Shown: positions 1 through 9,702, counted from the stretch's first letter. The stretch: 43,543 nucleotides of DNA from a virus (IMGVR_UViG_2541047719_000002:1-43543); one strand, 5' to 3'. The notes: generated by a model from the sequence alone, not told the origin. A program made the numbers and translations.

Positions 1-1284
1 CTACTTCTTCGCCTCTGCAACCACTTTGCTACCCACGCCGCGGTTATTGTATTCCCACATGCGGTTGTAGTTAGTGTCATTCAGATTGCGCTGTACTTCG
101 TCGTTATCATCAACGCTGCCGGTGTTACCCGCAAATGGACGATTAGAGATCACCGCATCAGCCCACGGTTTGGCTGTGTTAAAACCTTCGTTGATGGCGC
201 TATCACGGATCACTACCTGACCGTTGGTATTGGCATCAACATCCAGCGAGCGGCCCAGTTGCGCCACGCCATCACCGGAAGCATTGAAACGGCTGTTTAC
301 GGCGAGGAAACCGTAGTAAATGTTGGACAGCGTAGCCGGTGCAAACACATACGCTTCTTGCTGGGTACGGGAGTTCACCACGCGGAATTCGGTGTTATCG
401 AACACCACTGCGCCGCGACCAGAAACGATATCCACATCCCCTTCAATATAGCTGTTGGTCACCAGCGTACGCGGCTGACGATTCGTTTCCAGACGGTTCT
501 GCACACCGCTGTTGGTGACAAAGAAGGTGTTCTGACGACCGAGAATGTTGACGTTATTGATCTGCACTTTGTCGCCATCAGTACGCAGTGCCACCGCCGG
601 ATGGTTACCCGCATCTACGCTATCGCCCAGCGTGTTTTCGATGGTCAGGTTTTGCAGTTGCAGGCCATTGTTTTGTGACCAGAAGACCGCAGAGCAGAGA
701 ACACCGATACTGTCGCTGCGTTTACTCTGGCAGCTATCGTACATATACCACGCCGGTTTACCTGGCATATATTTGCCGCGCGGGTTGACGTCGTGACGCC
801 AGTCGGCAGGGCTCATGCCACCATCAAGGGAAAGCCCAATCTTCACATCAATCGGTTTTTCACCTGTACCGTATAGAGTAATTCCACCCGGAGCGGCAGG
901 GACATACACCGTTCCCTGATACTCACCAGGCATCACGGCAATATACTGGCGCTTGTTGGTACGCTTGATAATTGCCGCATCTACCGCCGCCTGAATCGTG
1001 GTATGCGTTACACCTTGAGTACCCGCCGGGCCGACAACAAAGTCAGGTTGCGCAGGCAGGGTAATCGGGGAAGGATTCCACGCTGCCGCACCTGGTGTCA
1101 GGGATGCAAAATAGTGTTGAGCATCGAAATTCTGCGCTTCTTTTGCCGACAGAATCGGGCGAGAAGAGGTACCAGGCGCGGTTTGATCAGAAGGACGTTG
1201 ATCGGGCGGTGTTGAGCTACAGGCGGTCAGCGTCACGCCAAAAGCCAATGTCAGCGCCAGACGGGAAACTGAAAATGTGTTCAC
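1..1284 (-). CDS. ybhC: YbhC, pectinesterase-like outer-membrane lipoprotein (host gene flanking attB-lambda)
   Basis: 427-aa ORF with signal peptide and lipobox (LTACSS), recalled as E. coli YbhC; GTG start at 1282-1284; ends immediately left of the att core. Confidence 0.85.
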   Translation of the reverse strand: MNTFSVSRLALTLAFGVTLTACSSTPPDQRPSDQTAPGTSSRPILSAKEAQNFDAQHYFASLTPGAAAWNPSPITLPAQPDFVVGPAGTQGVTHTTIQAAVDAAIIKRTNKRQYIAVMPGEYQGTVYVPAAPGGITLYGTGEKPIDVKIGLSLDGGMSPADWRHDVNPRGKYMPGKPAWYMYDSCQSKRSDSIGVLCSAVFWSQNNGLQLQNLTIENTLGDSVDAGNHPAVALRTDGDKVQINNVNILGRQNTFFVTNSGVQNRLETNRQPRTLVTNSYIEGDVDIVSGRGAVVFDNTEFRVVNSRTQQEAYVFAPATLSNIYYGFLAVNSRFNASGDGVAQLGRSLDVDANTNGQVVIRDSAINEGFNTAKPWADAVISNRPFAGNTGSVDDNDEVQRNLNDTNYNRMWEYNNRGVGSKVVAEAKK

Positions 1285-1330
1285 AGGTTGCTCCGGGCTA
1301 TGAAATAGAAAAATGAATCCGTTGAAGCCT

Positions 1331-1345
1331 GCTTTTTTATACTAA
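1331..1345. repeat. attL: attL core (15-bp lambda att core GCTTTTTTATACTAA), followed by lambda P' arm
   Basis: Exact 15-mer identical to the copy at 41724..41738; flanked left by host sequence and right by lambda P' arm-like sequence leading into int. Confidence 0.85.
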
Positions 1346-1418
1346 GTTGGCATTATAAAAAAGCATTGCTTATCAATTTGTTGCAACGAACAGGTCACTA
1401 TCAGTCAAAATAAAATCA

Positions 1419-2489
1419 TTATTTGATTTCAATTTTGTCCCACTCCCTGCCTCTGTCATCACGATACTGTGATGCCATGGTGTCCGACTTATGCCCGAGA
1501 AGATGTTGAGCAAACTTATCGCTTATCTGCTTCTCATAGAGTCTTGCAGACAAACTGCGCAACTCGTGAAAGGTAGGCGGATCCCCTTCGAAGGAAAGAC
1601 CTGATGCTTTTCGTGCGCGCATAAAATACCTTGATACTGTGCCGGATGAAAGCGGTTCGCGACGAGTAGATGCAATTATGGTTTCTCCGCCAAGAATCTC
1701 TTTGCATTTATCAAGTGTTTCCTTCATTGATATTCCGAGAGCATCAACATGCAATGCAGTTGGGATGGCAATTTTTACGCCTGTTTTGCTTTGCTCGACA
1801 TAAAGATATCCATCTACGATATCAGACCACTTCATTTCGCATAAATCACCAACTCGCTGCCCGGTAACAACAGCCAGTTCCATTGCAAGTCTAAGCCAAC
1901 ATGGTGATGATTCTGCTGCTTGATAAATTTTCAGGTATTCGTCAGCCGTAAGTCTTGATCTCCTTACCTCTGATTTTGCTGCGCGAGTGGCTGCGACCGG
2001 GTTTGTTGTTATATGGCCTTCAGCTATAGCCTCTCGGAATGCATCGCTCAGTGTTGATCTGATTAACTTGGCTGATGCCGACTTGCCCTCGTCTATGTAT
2101 CCATTGAGCATTGCCGCAATTTCTTTTGTGGTGATGTCTTCAAGTGGAGCATCAGGCAGACCCCTCCTTATTGCTTTAATTTTGCTCATGTAATTTATGA
2201 GTGTCTTCTGCTTGACTCCTCTGCTGGCCAGGATTTTTTCGTAGCGATCAAGCCATGAATGTAACGTAACGGAATTATCACTGTTGATTCTCGCTGTCAG
2301 AGGCTTGTGTTTGTGTCCTGAAAATAACTCAATGTTGGCCTGTATAGCTTCAGTGATTGCTATCCTCCTGTCTCGGCCTAATCCAAACTCTTTACCCGTC
2401 CTTGGGTCCCTGTAGCAGTAATATCCATTGTTTCTTATATAAAGGTTAGGGGGTAAATCCCGGCGCTCATGACTTCGCCTTCTTCCCAT
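1419..2489 (-). CDS. int: Integrase, tyrosine recombinase (lambda Int)
   Basis: 356-aa ORF recalled as essentially identical to lambda Int (MGRRRSHERRDLPPNLYIRNNGYYCYRDPRTGKEF...); adjacent to attL; ATG at 2487-2489. Confidence 0.95.
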   Translation of the reverse strand: MGRRRSHERRDLPPNLYIRNNGYYCYRDPRTGKEFGLGRDRRIAITEAIQANIELFSGHKHKPLTARINSDNSVTLHSWLDRYEKILASRGVKQKTLINYMSKIKAIRRGLPDAPLEDITTKEIAAMLNGYIDEGKSASAKLIRSTLSDAFREAIAEGHITTNPVAATRAAKSEVRRSRLTADEYLKIYQAAESSPCWLRLAMELAVVTGQRVGDLCEMKWSDIVDGYLYVEQSKTGVKIAIPTALHVDALGISMKETLDKCKEILGGETIIASTRREPLSSGTVSRYFMRARKASGLSFEGDPPTFHELRSLSARLYEKQISDKFAQHLLGHKSDTMASQYRDDRGREWDKIEIK

Positions 2490-2685
2490 TTCTGATCCTC
2501 TTCAAAAGGCTACCTGTTACTGGTCGATTTAAGTCAACCTTTACCGCTGATTCGTGGAACAGATACTCTCTTCCATCCTTAACCGGAGGAGGGAATATCC
2601 TGCATTCGCGCACCCATCGACGAACTGTTTCAAGGCTTCTTGGGCGTCGCTGGCGAGCGTTCCACTCCTGAAGTGTCAAGTACAT
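2467..2685 (-). CDS. xis: Excisionase (lambda Xis), 72 aa
   Basis: Translation from internal ATG (MYLTLQEWNARQRRPRSLETVRRWVRECRIFPPP...) recalled as lambda Xis; 3' end overlaps int start by 23 nt as in lambda; the longer 102-aa ORF in the track is an upstream extension. Confidence 0.9.
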   Translation of the reverse strand: MYLTLQEWNARQRRPRSLETVRRWVRECRIFPPPVKDGREYLFHESAVKVDLNRPVTGSLLKRIRNGKKAKS

Positions 2686-2805
2686 CGCAAAGTCTCCGCA
2701 ATTACACGCAAGAAAAAGCCGCATTGATGCGGCGATGGTAGGTCTGGATATCATTGAGCAATGAACAGGCCTCATCGAGTATGAGGCGGTGTGATTTCTT
2801 TATTT

Positions 2806-3027
2806 TCACTCTTTATGTTTGTCAGTGAATGGTTTCTCCATCTCCATTAATGCCTTATTCATCTCATTTCGTAACTCTATAGCCATCCTGACGGCTTCAA
2901 CCTGTGCAGGATGTCGGTTAATTGCTGGAGAATATCGTCTGGAGCGAAGGATTGAGAAAACAAAGATAATGCAAGCAACTATCTGAATTGCATTGCATAT
3001 TATTGATACAATGTGAATTGCAGCCAT
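2806..3027 (-). CDS. Hypothetical small membrane protein
   Basis: 73-aa ORF with ATG start and hydrophobic N-terminal segment; position in early-left accessory region. Confidence 0.4.
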   Translation of the reverse strand: MAAIHIVSIICNAIQIVACIIFVFSILRSRRYSPAINRHPAQVEAVRMAIELRNEMNKALMEMEKPFTDKHKE

Positions 3028-3037
3028 CTACTACCCC

Positions 3038-3061
3038 AAATAAAAAACCGCCATCAGGCGG
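3038..3061 (-). terminator. Rho-independent terminator (minus strand)
   Basis: Minus-strand hairpin CCGCCTGATGGCGG followed by TTTTTTATTT, immediately downstream of the 3105..3416 gene. Confidence 0.5.
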
Positions 3062-3104
3062 ATTGGTGTTCTTTCAGTTCTTCAATTCGAATGTTGGTTA
3101 CGTC

Positions 3105-3416
3105 TTATTCGATACGCACTCCTGGTATTTCGCCTTTTGATATTGCTAAGTCATAAATTTGCGCGGCACTATACCCGTCTCGCATCCATGAATCTAAGGC
3201 GCGAACAGCCTCGCTACGCTTTTTATCTTCTCTCTCATTTTTGATATCAACGAGGACATCAACGCAATTAAGGCATATGTGGATTTTGTCCTTACATTCG
3301 ATCATGGCGGCTTTACCATGATTTCCGCCACACAGTGAGCATAAATCTTCAGGGTCTGGCTGGTATTTCTGTAACGTTAAAGGGTTGAATGTTGAACAGG
3401 CCATAATCATCTCCAT
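3105..3416 (-). CDS. Hypothetical protein with Cys-rich zinc-ribbon-like motifs
   Basis: 103-aa ORF, ATG start, CxxC...CxxC pattern (CSLCGG...CLNC). Confidence 0.5.
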   Translation of the reverse strand: MEMIMACSTFNPLTLQKYQPDPEDLCSLCGGNHGKAAMIECKDKIHICLNCVDVLVDIKNEREDKKRSEAVRALDSWMRDGYSAAQIYDLAISKGEIPGVRIE

Positions 3417-3475
3417 AAAACAAAACCCGCCGTAGCGAGTTCAGATAAAAGAAATCCCCGCGAGTGCGAGGATTG

Positions 3476-3760
3476 TTATTCAGTGCCGATATTCACCTTT
3501 ATCGCGAACACCTTTACCGGTTTATCGCCGAAGTGCGGATGTGTGATTGTCTTGATTTCATATCCGTCATACGGGACGTCAATTCTGCGACTGAAATCGT
3601 CGCGCTTCGGATATCCCCTTGTGATAATCAGGCGGTCATACTCGCGGAACATAATTCGCTTATTCCAGTAGTCATTACACAGGCGATACTCTTCCGTTTT
3701 ATCTCCGCGAATCATGGCATCGAAGTATTCACCTTTAACGGCAAGTTGCAGGTTAGCCAT
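3476..3760 (-). CDS. Hypothetical protein, ASCH/DUF3850-like
   Basis: ORF from ATG at 3758-3760 preceded by strong RBS GGAGGTGAGG and overlapping upstream stop (TAATG); motif EYFDAMIRGDKTEEYR resembles ASCH-type domains (recalled, unverified). Confidence 0.5.
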   Translation of the reverse strand: MANLQLAVKGEYFDAMIRGDKTEEYRLCNDYWNKRIMFREYDRLIITRGYPKRDDFSRRIDVPYDGYEIKTITHPHFGDKPVKVFAIKVNIGTE

Positions 3761-4017
3761 TACCTCACCTCCAGTCTCCATACCGCCTGACCAATCCGGC
3801 TGGCATGTTTATCTTTAGATACTGTTCCGTCTTTAGCAATCTCCATAAGAATTTTGCGCAAATCTGCCGAACGCCATTCTTCATCAGGAAATTCCTTCTC
3901 CATTGCCAACCGCAGACTCCAGGTTGCCATCCTGAATGGATATTCCCCGCCGAGAACTTTCTCTTGCAGGGCTGCACGGGAACGCATCACCTGCAAAACC
4001 TTCTCTTGAACATCCAT
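3760..4017 (-). CDS. Hypothetical protein
   Basis: 85-aa ORF from ATG at 4015-4017 with RBS AGGAGG; TAATG overlap with upstream gene. Confidence 0.45.
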   Translation of the reverse strand: MDVQEKVLQVMRSRAALQEKVLGGEYPFRMATWSLRLAMEKEFPDEEWRSADLRKILMEIAKDGTVSKDKHASRIGQAVWRLEVR

Positions 4018-4682
4018 TACGTCGCCTCCTGCGGCGGTTCCGGTAGCGGCATCCAATTGATTACATCGCATTCAGGGATGCTGATATCATCACCAAGCCA
4101 CCCTTGACCTTCAGACCAGCATTGCACGTAATACCCGTATTTTGTGTTCACTACGCACCACTGCGCGTCGTTCGGCATTCGCTCACTACAGCTTATCCAA
4201 CCATCCGGAGTTACCGGATAGTTGCCAGCCAGTCTACGCAAAACAGCCTTAACAGCCTCAATACGGTCATCATCGCAATTTTCCAGCGTATCTATGCGGT
4301 CGAGCATGATGATGGCGTTATCAATATCAGGATTGCCGGTCCACTCATTACCGCGATTGGATTCGGCAGCCTGGTTGCGCATAATCTCAGGCGTAAGCTC
4401 TTTGTAAGCATAAGCAAGAGGCTCTGATGCATTATCCGGCACAACCGACGCAGGCGCGGCAGCATAAACAGGAATAACGTCCGGTTGCTCTTTATTGCTT
4501 TCATCCGTTAAAGCCCAGAATAATTTCCCGGCAGGATGTTTGAAAATATAAGCAACTGGATCTGCTTCCAGCGATGCCAGTGCAATTTCATAAGCCCGGC
4601 GTTCAATATTGTCTCGAACGTCCAGGCTGCTGATACGCTCTTTGATTTCTTTAATCAGTTCTTTGTCGGTTAAAGTGGTCAT
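4017..4682 (-). CDS. Hypothetical phage protein with C-terminal DUF551-like domain
   Basis: 221-aa ORF; C-terminal W/C-rich segment (WISCSERMPNDAQWCVVNTKYGYYVQCWSEG...WMPLPEPP) resembles DUF551 (recalled). Confidence 0.55.
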   Translation of the reverse strand: MTTLTDKELIKEIKERISSLDVRDNIERRAYEIALASLEADPVAYIFKHPAGKLFWALTDESNKEQPDVIPVYAAAPASVVPDNASEPLAYAYKELTPEIMRNQAAESNRGNEWTGNPDIDNAIIMLDRIDTLENCDDDRIEAVKAVLRRLAGNYPVTPDGWISCSERMPNDAQWCVVNTKYGYYVQCWSEGQGWLGDDISIPECDVINWMPLPEPPQEAT

Positions 4683-4692
4683 AAATTATGCC

Positions 4693-4929
4693 TCAGTTGT
4701 ATCCGATTGGATTAACCGCAACAATAACGCCATCCGCGAACAAATCTTTAATGAGGTGTTCGCTCGGCTCGCCTTTTTCGTACTCTTCAATAAGGTAAGT
4801 GTCTCCATCCTCATTGATATAAACTGGAAGAATGGAACCGTTGATGAAGTAGGTTCCGTTGTTATCGAGGATTTTTGCCTCGGCGATTTGTTTTTTGGTA
4901 AAACGATCTTCTTTTTTCAAAGTTGCCAT
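4693..4929 (-). CDS. Hypothetical protein
   Basis: 78-aa ORF with ATG start, tightly packed in operon. Confidence 0.45.
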   Translation of the reverse strand: MATLKKEDRFTKKQIAEAKILDNNGTYFINGSILPVYINEDGDTYLIEEYEKGEPSEHLIKDLFADGVIVAVNPIGYN

Positions 4930-4930
4930 A

Positions 4931-5680
4931 TCACTCTCCTTTGATGCGAATGCCAGCGGCGCGGATTGCAGCGATGACTTCAGAAACTTTGTATGCCATT
5001 ACCGTTTGGTAATCATCGTGAAAATCTGTTCGATGAAGCATGCTGCTACGTTCCGGGAGCGATATTTCCCGAGCATCCAGTTCCTTAACGCGTTCCTCCA
5101 GTTCGTAGACCCTGCATTGTTCTCTATCATCAATCAGATATAACCCAAGACATTCGCTTTCTACCCAACCGCCAAAATCATGATCGTAACGCTCACATGA
5201 AAACTCACCGTCACCGTCCTTTGTTGGAATGGTGTAACTATCTAATGGGCCACCATATGTCGGCACATTCCCCAATGTTGGATGCTCAATCCACATGAAA
5301 AATGCACGTCCGGTTATTGGGCAAATATCTGGCCGCCATTGGTTACGAACAGCCTTGGTTTCGGATAATTCTTCAGCGTGTTGTTTTACTTCCTCAAGCT
5401 CAACTCTCAGCTTCCCAACCGTAAGAGCAATATCCTCGTTCTCCTGGTCACGGCGTTTGATGTATTGCTGGTTTCTTTCCCGTTCATCCAGTAGTGCCAG
5501 CACGGTTTCTGGTCCGGCCAGAAATTTGAAGGCGTTGAGCGCATCAATATCCACACCGTAATCTTTAAGTTCCTGTTCACTTAACAAATCATCATCAGCT
5601 GGCAACATTAACAGGCGTTCCATTGCTGGAATTGCACGTTCCGCCACCTCACGCAGTGCCTGGTAATTAATTTCGCTCAC
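4931..5680 (-). CDS. Ead/Ea22-like protein
   Basis: 249-aa ORF; N-terminus MSEINYQALRE, internal LLDERERNQQYIKRRDQENEDIALTVGKLRVELE and C-terminus AGIRIKGE match my recollection of lambda Ea22; GTG start with AGGAGG RBS. Confidence 0.65.
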   Translation of the reverse strand: MSEINYQALREVAERAIPAMERLLMLPADDDLLSEQELKDYGVDIDALNAFKFLAGPETVLALLDERERNQQYIKRRDQENEDIALTVGKLRVELEEVKQHAEELSETKAVRNQWRPDICPITGRAFFMWIEHPTLGNVPTYGGPLDSYTIPTKDGDGEFSCERYDHDFGGWVESECLGLYLIDDREQCRVYELEERVKELDAREISLPERSSMLHRTDFHDDYQTVMAYKVSEVIAAIRAAGIRIKGE

Positions 5681-5981
5681 TGGTTGCCTCCTTTGCTGGG
5701 CCTTCTAACTTCTGAGTGGTTGTATCAAACTCAAACAACTTAACCACGTCATCAAACAGGACATAATCGCCATCAGAATCTTCAGTCATGTCAGCGCCAC
5801 AATCCTGACCGCACGAGTCGCAACCTCCCATATCAAGCTCGTATCGCTTCAGGTTTGCGATATTTGATAAATTCAGCGCCAGTACAGCCAGGTCATAAAC
5901 CTCTTCGGCAGTGACATCGCTGTTCAGTCCCATTTCATGGCGATATATGATTTTTTCTACTCGTTGTTTTGTGATTGTCAT
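5667..5981 (-). CDS. Hypothetical protein
   Basis: 104-aa ORF, ATG start, acidic Cys-containing segment. Confidence 0.45.
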   Translation of the reverse strand: MTITKQRVEKIIYRHEMGLNSDVTAEEVYDLAVLALNLSNIANLKRYELDMGGCDSCGQDCGADMTEDSDGDYVLFDDVVKLFEFDTTTQKLEGPAKEATSERN

Positions 5982-6523
5982 TTTTGCTCGCCTCCCTGTT
6001 CTTCCAGAAAAATACGCATAGTCTCAAGCATCTCTTCGGTGTCATACGGTGACAACTTGTCACGCAGGATGTGTTCAATGCTGTTAATGAACTTTCGGAT
6101 TGCTTTGCGTTCAATTTCAGTCAGGAAAGCATCGGTGGCTGGGGTGTCTGATTGCATAGACTTTGCGCGATAGTCATTCCACCCTCTTGCATACATGGGA
6201 TTAACTTGCACTCCATCTTTTACGCAATATGCCTGCCCTCCACGGTTGATAACCTTGATTTCGTCCATAGCGCCAGACTTCAGCCCCGCATTCTCCGCCG
6301 CCAGCGCCGAAAACTTCTCGTGTGCCAACTTAACAGCCGCATCAGCCTGCTTAATTGACTCAATCGCTTTCTGGTGGTCTTCGGACAGAGCCGAAATCTT
6401 GGCCTCCGCTTCAGCAAATTTACGCACCAGATATTCAGCGTTTGTTTCGTTAACCTTTAAATCTCGTGGGATGCATTTACCTTTCAGAAATCCATCCATC
6501 TCAATTAGTGACATTTGTTTCAT
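5978..6523 (-). CDS. Hypothetical protein
   Basis: 181-aa ORF, ATG start, 4-nt overlap with neighbour. Confidence 0.5.
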   Translation of the reverse strand: MKQMSLIEMDGFLKGKCIPRDLKVNETNAEYLVRKFAEAEAKISALSEDHQKAIESIKQADAAVKLAHEKFSALAAENAGLKSGAMDEIKVINRGGQAYCVKDGVQVNPMYARGWNDYRAKSMQSDTPATDAFLTEIERKAIRKFINSIEHILRDKLSPYDTEEMLETMRIFLEEQGGEQK

Positions 6524-6684
6524 TTCTTCCCACTCCGCAACATCGCATTCAGATATTTGTTGTCATTAACAGAACCGAAACTATTTCTCTTAAGCAATTC
6601 CTCTCTCGATGGCATTGGCTTTACGCGTTGGCGAATAATCATTTCTGCCGGAAGAATGCCGGGATTGTATGCAAGTCCTCTCAT
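6520..6684 (-). CDS. Hypothetical small protein (short form of the 105-aa track ORF)
   Basis: Internal ATG at 6682-6684 preceded by GAGGA RBS and lying just downstream of the stop of 6695..6991; the longer form would overlap the upstream gene. Confidence 0.3.
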   Translation of the reverse strand: MRGLAYNPGILPAEMIIRQRVKPMPSREELLKRNSFGSVNDNKYLNAMLRSGKK

Positions 6685-6694
6685 GGTAAATTCC

Positions 6695-6991
6695 TCAGTC
6701 ATTACTGATAGCGCCATAGCGTGAGCGGTAATTACGCAGGCGCGGGTCGATATATTCAGGGAAGTGGGTATATGTGGCTTTGCGGAATGGTCGGATTGAT
6801 GTCTGGTAAATTCGCTCGCGTTCTTCTTTCTCTGCAAGCCATATACAGTGGCGAAATTCCTTTTCCTCTTTCGTTTCCTGCGGTAGCGACATTATCCGGT
6901 TGTAGTTTTTCCTGAATTTATCCAGCACCTCCGATACGGAATTGCCGGAACAGCGGCGCGCGTCATCCGCACCATACAGAGGCGCTGGCAT
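6695..6991 (-). CDS. Hypothetical protein
   Basis: 98-aa ORF, ATG start. Confidence 0.45.
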   Translation of the reverse strand: MPAPLYGADDARRCSGNSVSEVLDKFRKNYNRIMSLPQETKEEKEFRHCIWLAEKEERERIYQTSIRPFRKATYTHFPEYIDPRLRNYRSRYGAISND

Positions 6992-7004
6992 GATTTTCTC
7001 CTGA

Positions 7005-7511
7005 TTAAATTGCGTGAATAGCGTGACGAGGGAAGGGGAGAGTTACTGGTGCAAAGGGTATATCGTCGTCAAAATCCATCGGAGGTTCGTTGTGTTGTGC
7101 TGGTGATGATTGCTGCTGTGGCTTCTGTGATTGCCTGCTGGCTGCTTGTTGTTTGCTGTCGCCAATGCCGCCAAGCATTTGCATCACACCATTAATTCCG
7201 ACATGAACCTCGGTTGTGTAACGGTCTTGCCCTGACTGGTCTTTCCACTTTCTGGTTCTCAGCATTCCCTCGAAATAAATCTGATCACCTTTTTTCACAT
7301 ACTGCCCCACGACCTCAGCCAGTTTCCCGGATACAGCAACACGATGCCATTCAGTCAATTCCTTTTGCTCGCCAGTATTTTTATCTCGCCATTGTTCTGA
7401 CGTGGCTATTGTCAGGTTAGCGAACGCTGTTCCTGATGGTGAGTATCGAACTTCCGGGTCTTGTCCTACCCGACCAAGGATAATCACCTTATTTACGCCT
7501 CTGCTTGCCAT
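7005..7511 (-). CDS. ssb: Single-stranded DNA-binding protein
   Basis: 168-aa ORF with OB-fold SSB N-terminus ([23 protein letters not shown]...) and acidic C-terminal tail DFDDDIPF. Confidence 0.85.
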   Translation of the reverse strand: MASRGVNKVIILGRVGQDPEVRYSPSGTAFANLTIATSEQWRDKNTGEQKELTEWHRVAVSGKLAEVVGQYVKKGDQIYFEGMLRTRKWKDQSGQDRYTTEVHVGINGVMQMLGGIGDSKQQAASRQSQKPQQQSSPAQHNEPPMDFDDDIPFAPVTLPFPRHAIHAI

Positions 7512-8219
7512 TTATGCCGCCTGTTTTAGTTCGTTAACTCTGATGTTCATTACCTGAACGCATTTAGCCTGCGCCTCCTCGTTGCCAGCCATTAATTGCC
7601 AGTCACGCTGATAACGCTCGATGAGTTTTTTCTTGTCAGTTTCTGTTGACGCATAATCGCTGAAGTCTTTCAGGATTTGTTCGCAGTCAACCGATGGAGA
7701 TTTCTGGTTGGTATTTTCTGGTGATGGTTTGTTATCTGATGCTGGGATTGCCCATCCCGGCAGCGATGGAGGGAGCCAGCAAAATCCTGTTCCATCCTTC
7801 AGTTTTGCCCTGTGCCACCCCTGCTTTTTATCGAGAGATGTTTGTGCGAAACCTTCCTCAAGGTTATACAGATACCGACCGATTCCCCACTGAACGGCAG
7901 CACGCTTCATTGCACCTGAACGACCACCTTTGACGGCTTCTACCTGCGTGTTTTCAGCAGCATCCCATTTGGTTACCCATTCGGAATCAATCTTGATTGA
8001 TATGCCGCATTCAACTCCGCCGTTGTTGGGAATATCGCGGTATTCATTGCGCCATCCTGCTTTGCCGCAAACATCGTCCAGGCGTTTCATGATTGCCCGG
8101 TTCGTGACATAAGCCAGCACCATAGCCCACACCTTGCCATCGCGTGTTTTACCGCTTTGCTGTATTCGCCATTCGATATCTTCAGGGCTGAATGGCTCAT
8201 CGAATTTGTTCAAATCCAT
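7512..8219 (-). CDS. Single-strand annealing recombinase (Erf/Rad52-like)
   Basis: 235-aa ORF directly upstream of ssb; C-terminal segment (ETDKKKLIERYQRDWQL...CVQVMNIRVNEL) resembles my recollection of the P22 Erf C-terminal domain; family assignment unverified. Confidence 0.65.
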   Translation of the reverse strand: MDLNKFDEPFSPEDIEWRIQQSGKTRDGKVWAMVLAYVTNRAIMKRLDDVCGKAGWRNEYRDIPNNGGVECGISIKIDSEWVTKWDAAENTQVEAVKGGRSGAMKRAAVQWGIGRYLYNLEEGFAQTSLDKKQGWHRAKLKDGTGFCWLPPSLPGWAIPASDNKPSPENTNQKSPSVDCEQILKDFSDYASTETDKKKLIERYQRDWQLMAGNEEAQAKCVQVMNIRVNELKQAA

Positions 8220-8744
8220 AATTCACCTCAGAATGGACACGGCCCAAGGAAATAACGCTGATTTAATACTTCGACTCGGGACAAATTAAGGCATACCCGC
8301 ATTCCTTGGCGGTCACCATTATGGCGATACCAGAGAGCTTTCTGCGTGTACATGCGTCTCTGTAACTTGCTCTCCTTCACTGTGGTTGCAAGTGACATGA
8401 ATATCTCCTTCGTTACCGATTAAATCTTTCATCTGACGAATGAATTCTTCGTCTGACCAGTTATCTGTAAAACTCATTTCCTGCGATACCACGGAAGGTT
8501 GATAGCTGATTTCATCGCTTTATTTGCTTCAAGCCACATTTTTGAATCACCAATAAATCTGGCTATTACTGCTTTGTTCTGTGCAGCACGAAGCATCTGG
8601 TGATTAATGGCTATTTCATTGCGCATAACGCCTCCAGTTGTTTCTTTGCTGCTCTGATTAATTGTTTAACTCGGCGTGATAATTCAGATTCGTGCGGGTA
8701 GAAAGCGGACATGACGCCGCTACCCGCTAAAATATATTCATTCA

Positions 8745-9257
8745 TTATTTGCTCCTGTAGAATTCGCCGTGATGCTTTCTGGCAAAGTCGCAGTAAGCTT
8801 TTTTGGCATCTTCTAATTCATTAAAGTACCCTAGATGTTTTTTCTTTCCGTTTAATTTACCATAGGCAGCCCACTTTCTACTTTCCTTCTTCCATGTGAC
8901 TCCTTTGCAACCTGATTTGTTGAGGGTGTTTATTTTACTATTCATTGAATTCTGTGAGTAAGTTGCAAGCCTCAGATTGCAAATTCTGTTATCTGTCTTA
9001 ATGCCATTTATATGGTCGATAATACCTTCAGGCTCAACACCGAAAGTGATAATCCATGCAAGTCTATGTGCAGCATAGTGTCTTCCGTTAATGAAAATCC
9101 TTAAGTAGCCGCTTGTTGTTATTGTTCCGGCAGTTCCACCTATCTTCCTTGCTCCATAAGATTTTAGCCATGTGAACTCACCAGAAATAGGGTTATATTT
9201 GACAACATTATTAATCTCACTTAGGGAAATTAATTCAAGAATCTTTATAAATGCCAT
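8745..9257 (-). CDS. HNH homing endonuclease with AP2-like DNA-binding domain (copy 1)
   Basis: HNH_3-type motif (HRLAW...IDHINGIKTDNRICNLR) plus C-terminal AP2-like segment (GVTW...KWAAYGK...LGYF); start set at ATG 9255-9257; AT-rich gene. Confidence 0.8.
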   Translation of the reverse strand: MAFIKILELISLSEINNVVKYNPISGEFTWLKSYGARKIGGTAGTITTSGYLRIFINGRHYAAHRLAWIITFGVEPEGIIDHINGIKTDNRICNLRLATYSQNSMNSKINTLNKSGCKGVTWKKESRKWAAYGKLNGKKKHLGYFNELEDAKKAYCDFARKHHGEFYRSK

Positions 9258-9341
9258 TTTATATCCTATCAACTGCGTTCATTAATCAGCGTTTACGCTC
9301 ATGAATAAACACCTCTCGTGAAGCGTTATTGGTATGCATAT

Positions 9342-9365
9342 AAAAAAGCCCTCACACTGGAGGGC
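9342..9365 (-). terminator. Rho-independent terminator (minus strand)
   Basis: Minus-strand hairpin GCCCTC-CAGTGT-GAGGGC followed by TTTTTTAT; lies between 9502..9702 and HNH copy 1. Confidence 0.5.
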
Positions 9366-9501
9366 AAAGAAGATTTCCAATAATCAGAACAAGTCGGCTC
9401 CTGTTTAGTTACGAGCGACATTGCTCCGTGTATTCACTCGTTGGAATGAATACACAGTGCAGTGTTTATTCTGTTGTTTATGCCAAAAATGAAGGCCACC
9501 A

Positions 9502-9702
9502 TCAGGCAGCCTTGTTATTCTGTTTACCAAGTTCTCTGGCAATCATTGCCGTCGTTCGTATTGCCCATTTATCGACATATTTCCCATCCTCCATTACAGG
9601 AAACATTTCTTCAGGCTTAACCATGCATTCCGATTGCAGCTTGCATCCATTGCATCGCTTGAATTGTCCACACCATTGATTTTTATCAATAGTCGTAGTC
9701 AT
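9502..9702 (-). CDS. Hypothetical small Cys-rich protein
   Basis: 66-aa ORF with CxxxxxC...CxxC pattern (CGQFKRCNGCKLQSEC). Confidence 0.4.
   Translation of the reverse strand: MTTTIDKNQWCGQFKRCNGCKLQSECMVKPEEMFPVMEDGKYVDKWAIRTTAMIARELGKQNNKAA

Noticed and set aside
259-1316. Plus-strand ORFs overlapping ybhC (259..678, 545..796, 1003..1215, 1095..1316)
   Set aside because: Antisense to a confidently identified host gene; no independent support.
2467-2775. 102-aa extended Xis ORF
   Set aside because: The homologous Xis sequence begins at the internal ATG (2683-2685), giving the 72-aa lambda Xis; the upstream extension has no support.
6520-6837. 105-aa form of the ORF downstream of 6695..6991
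   Set aside because: It would overlap the preceding gene by about 140 nt; an internal ATG at 6684 with a GAGGA RBS just past the upstream stop is more plausible.
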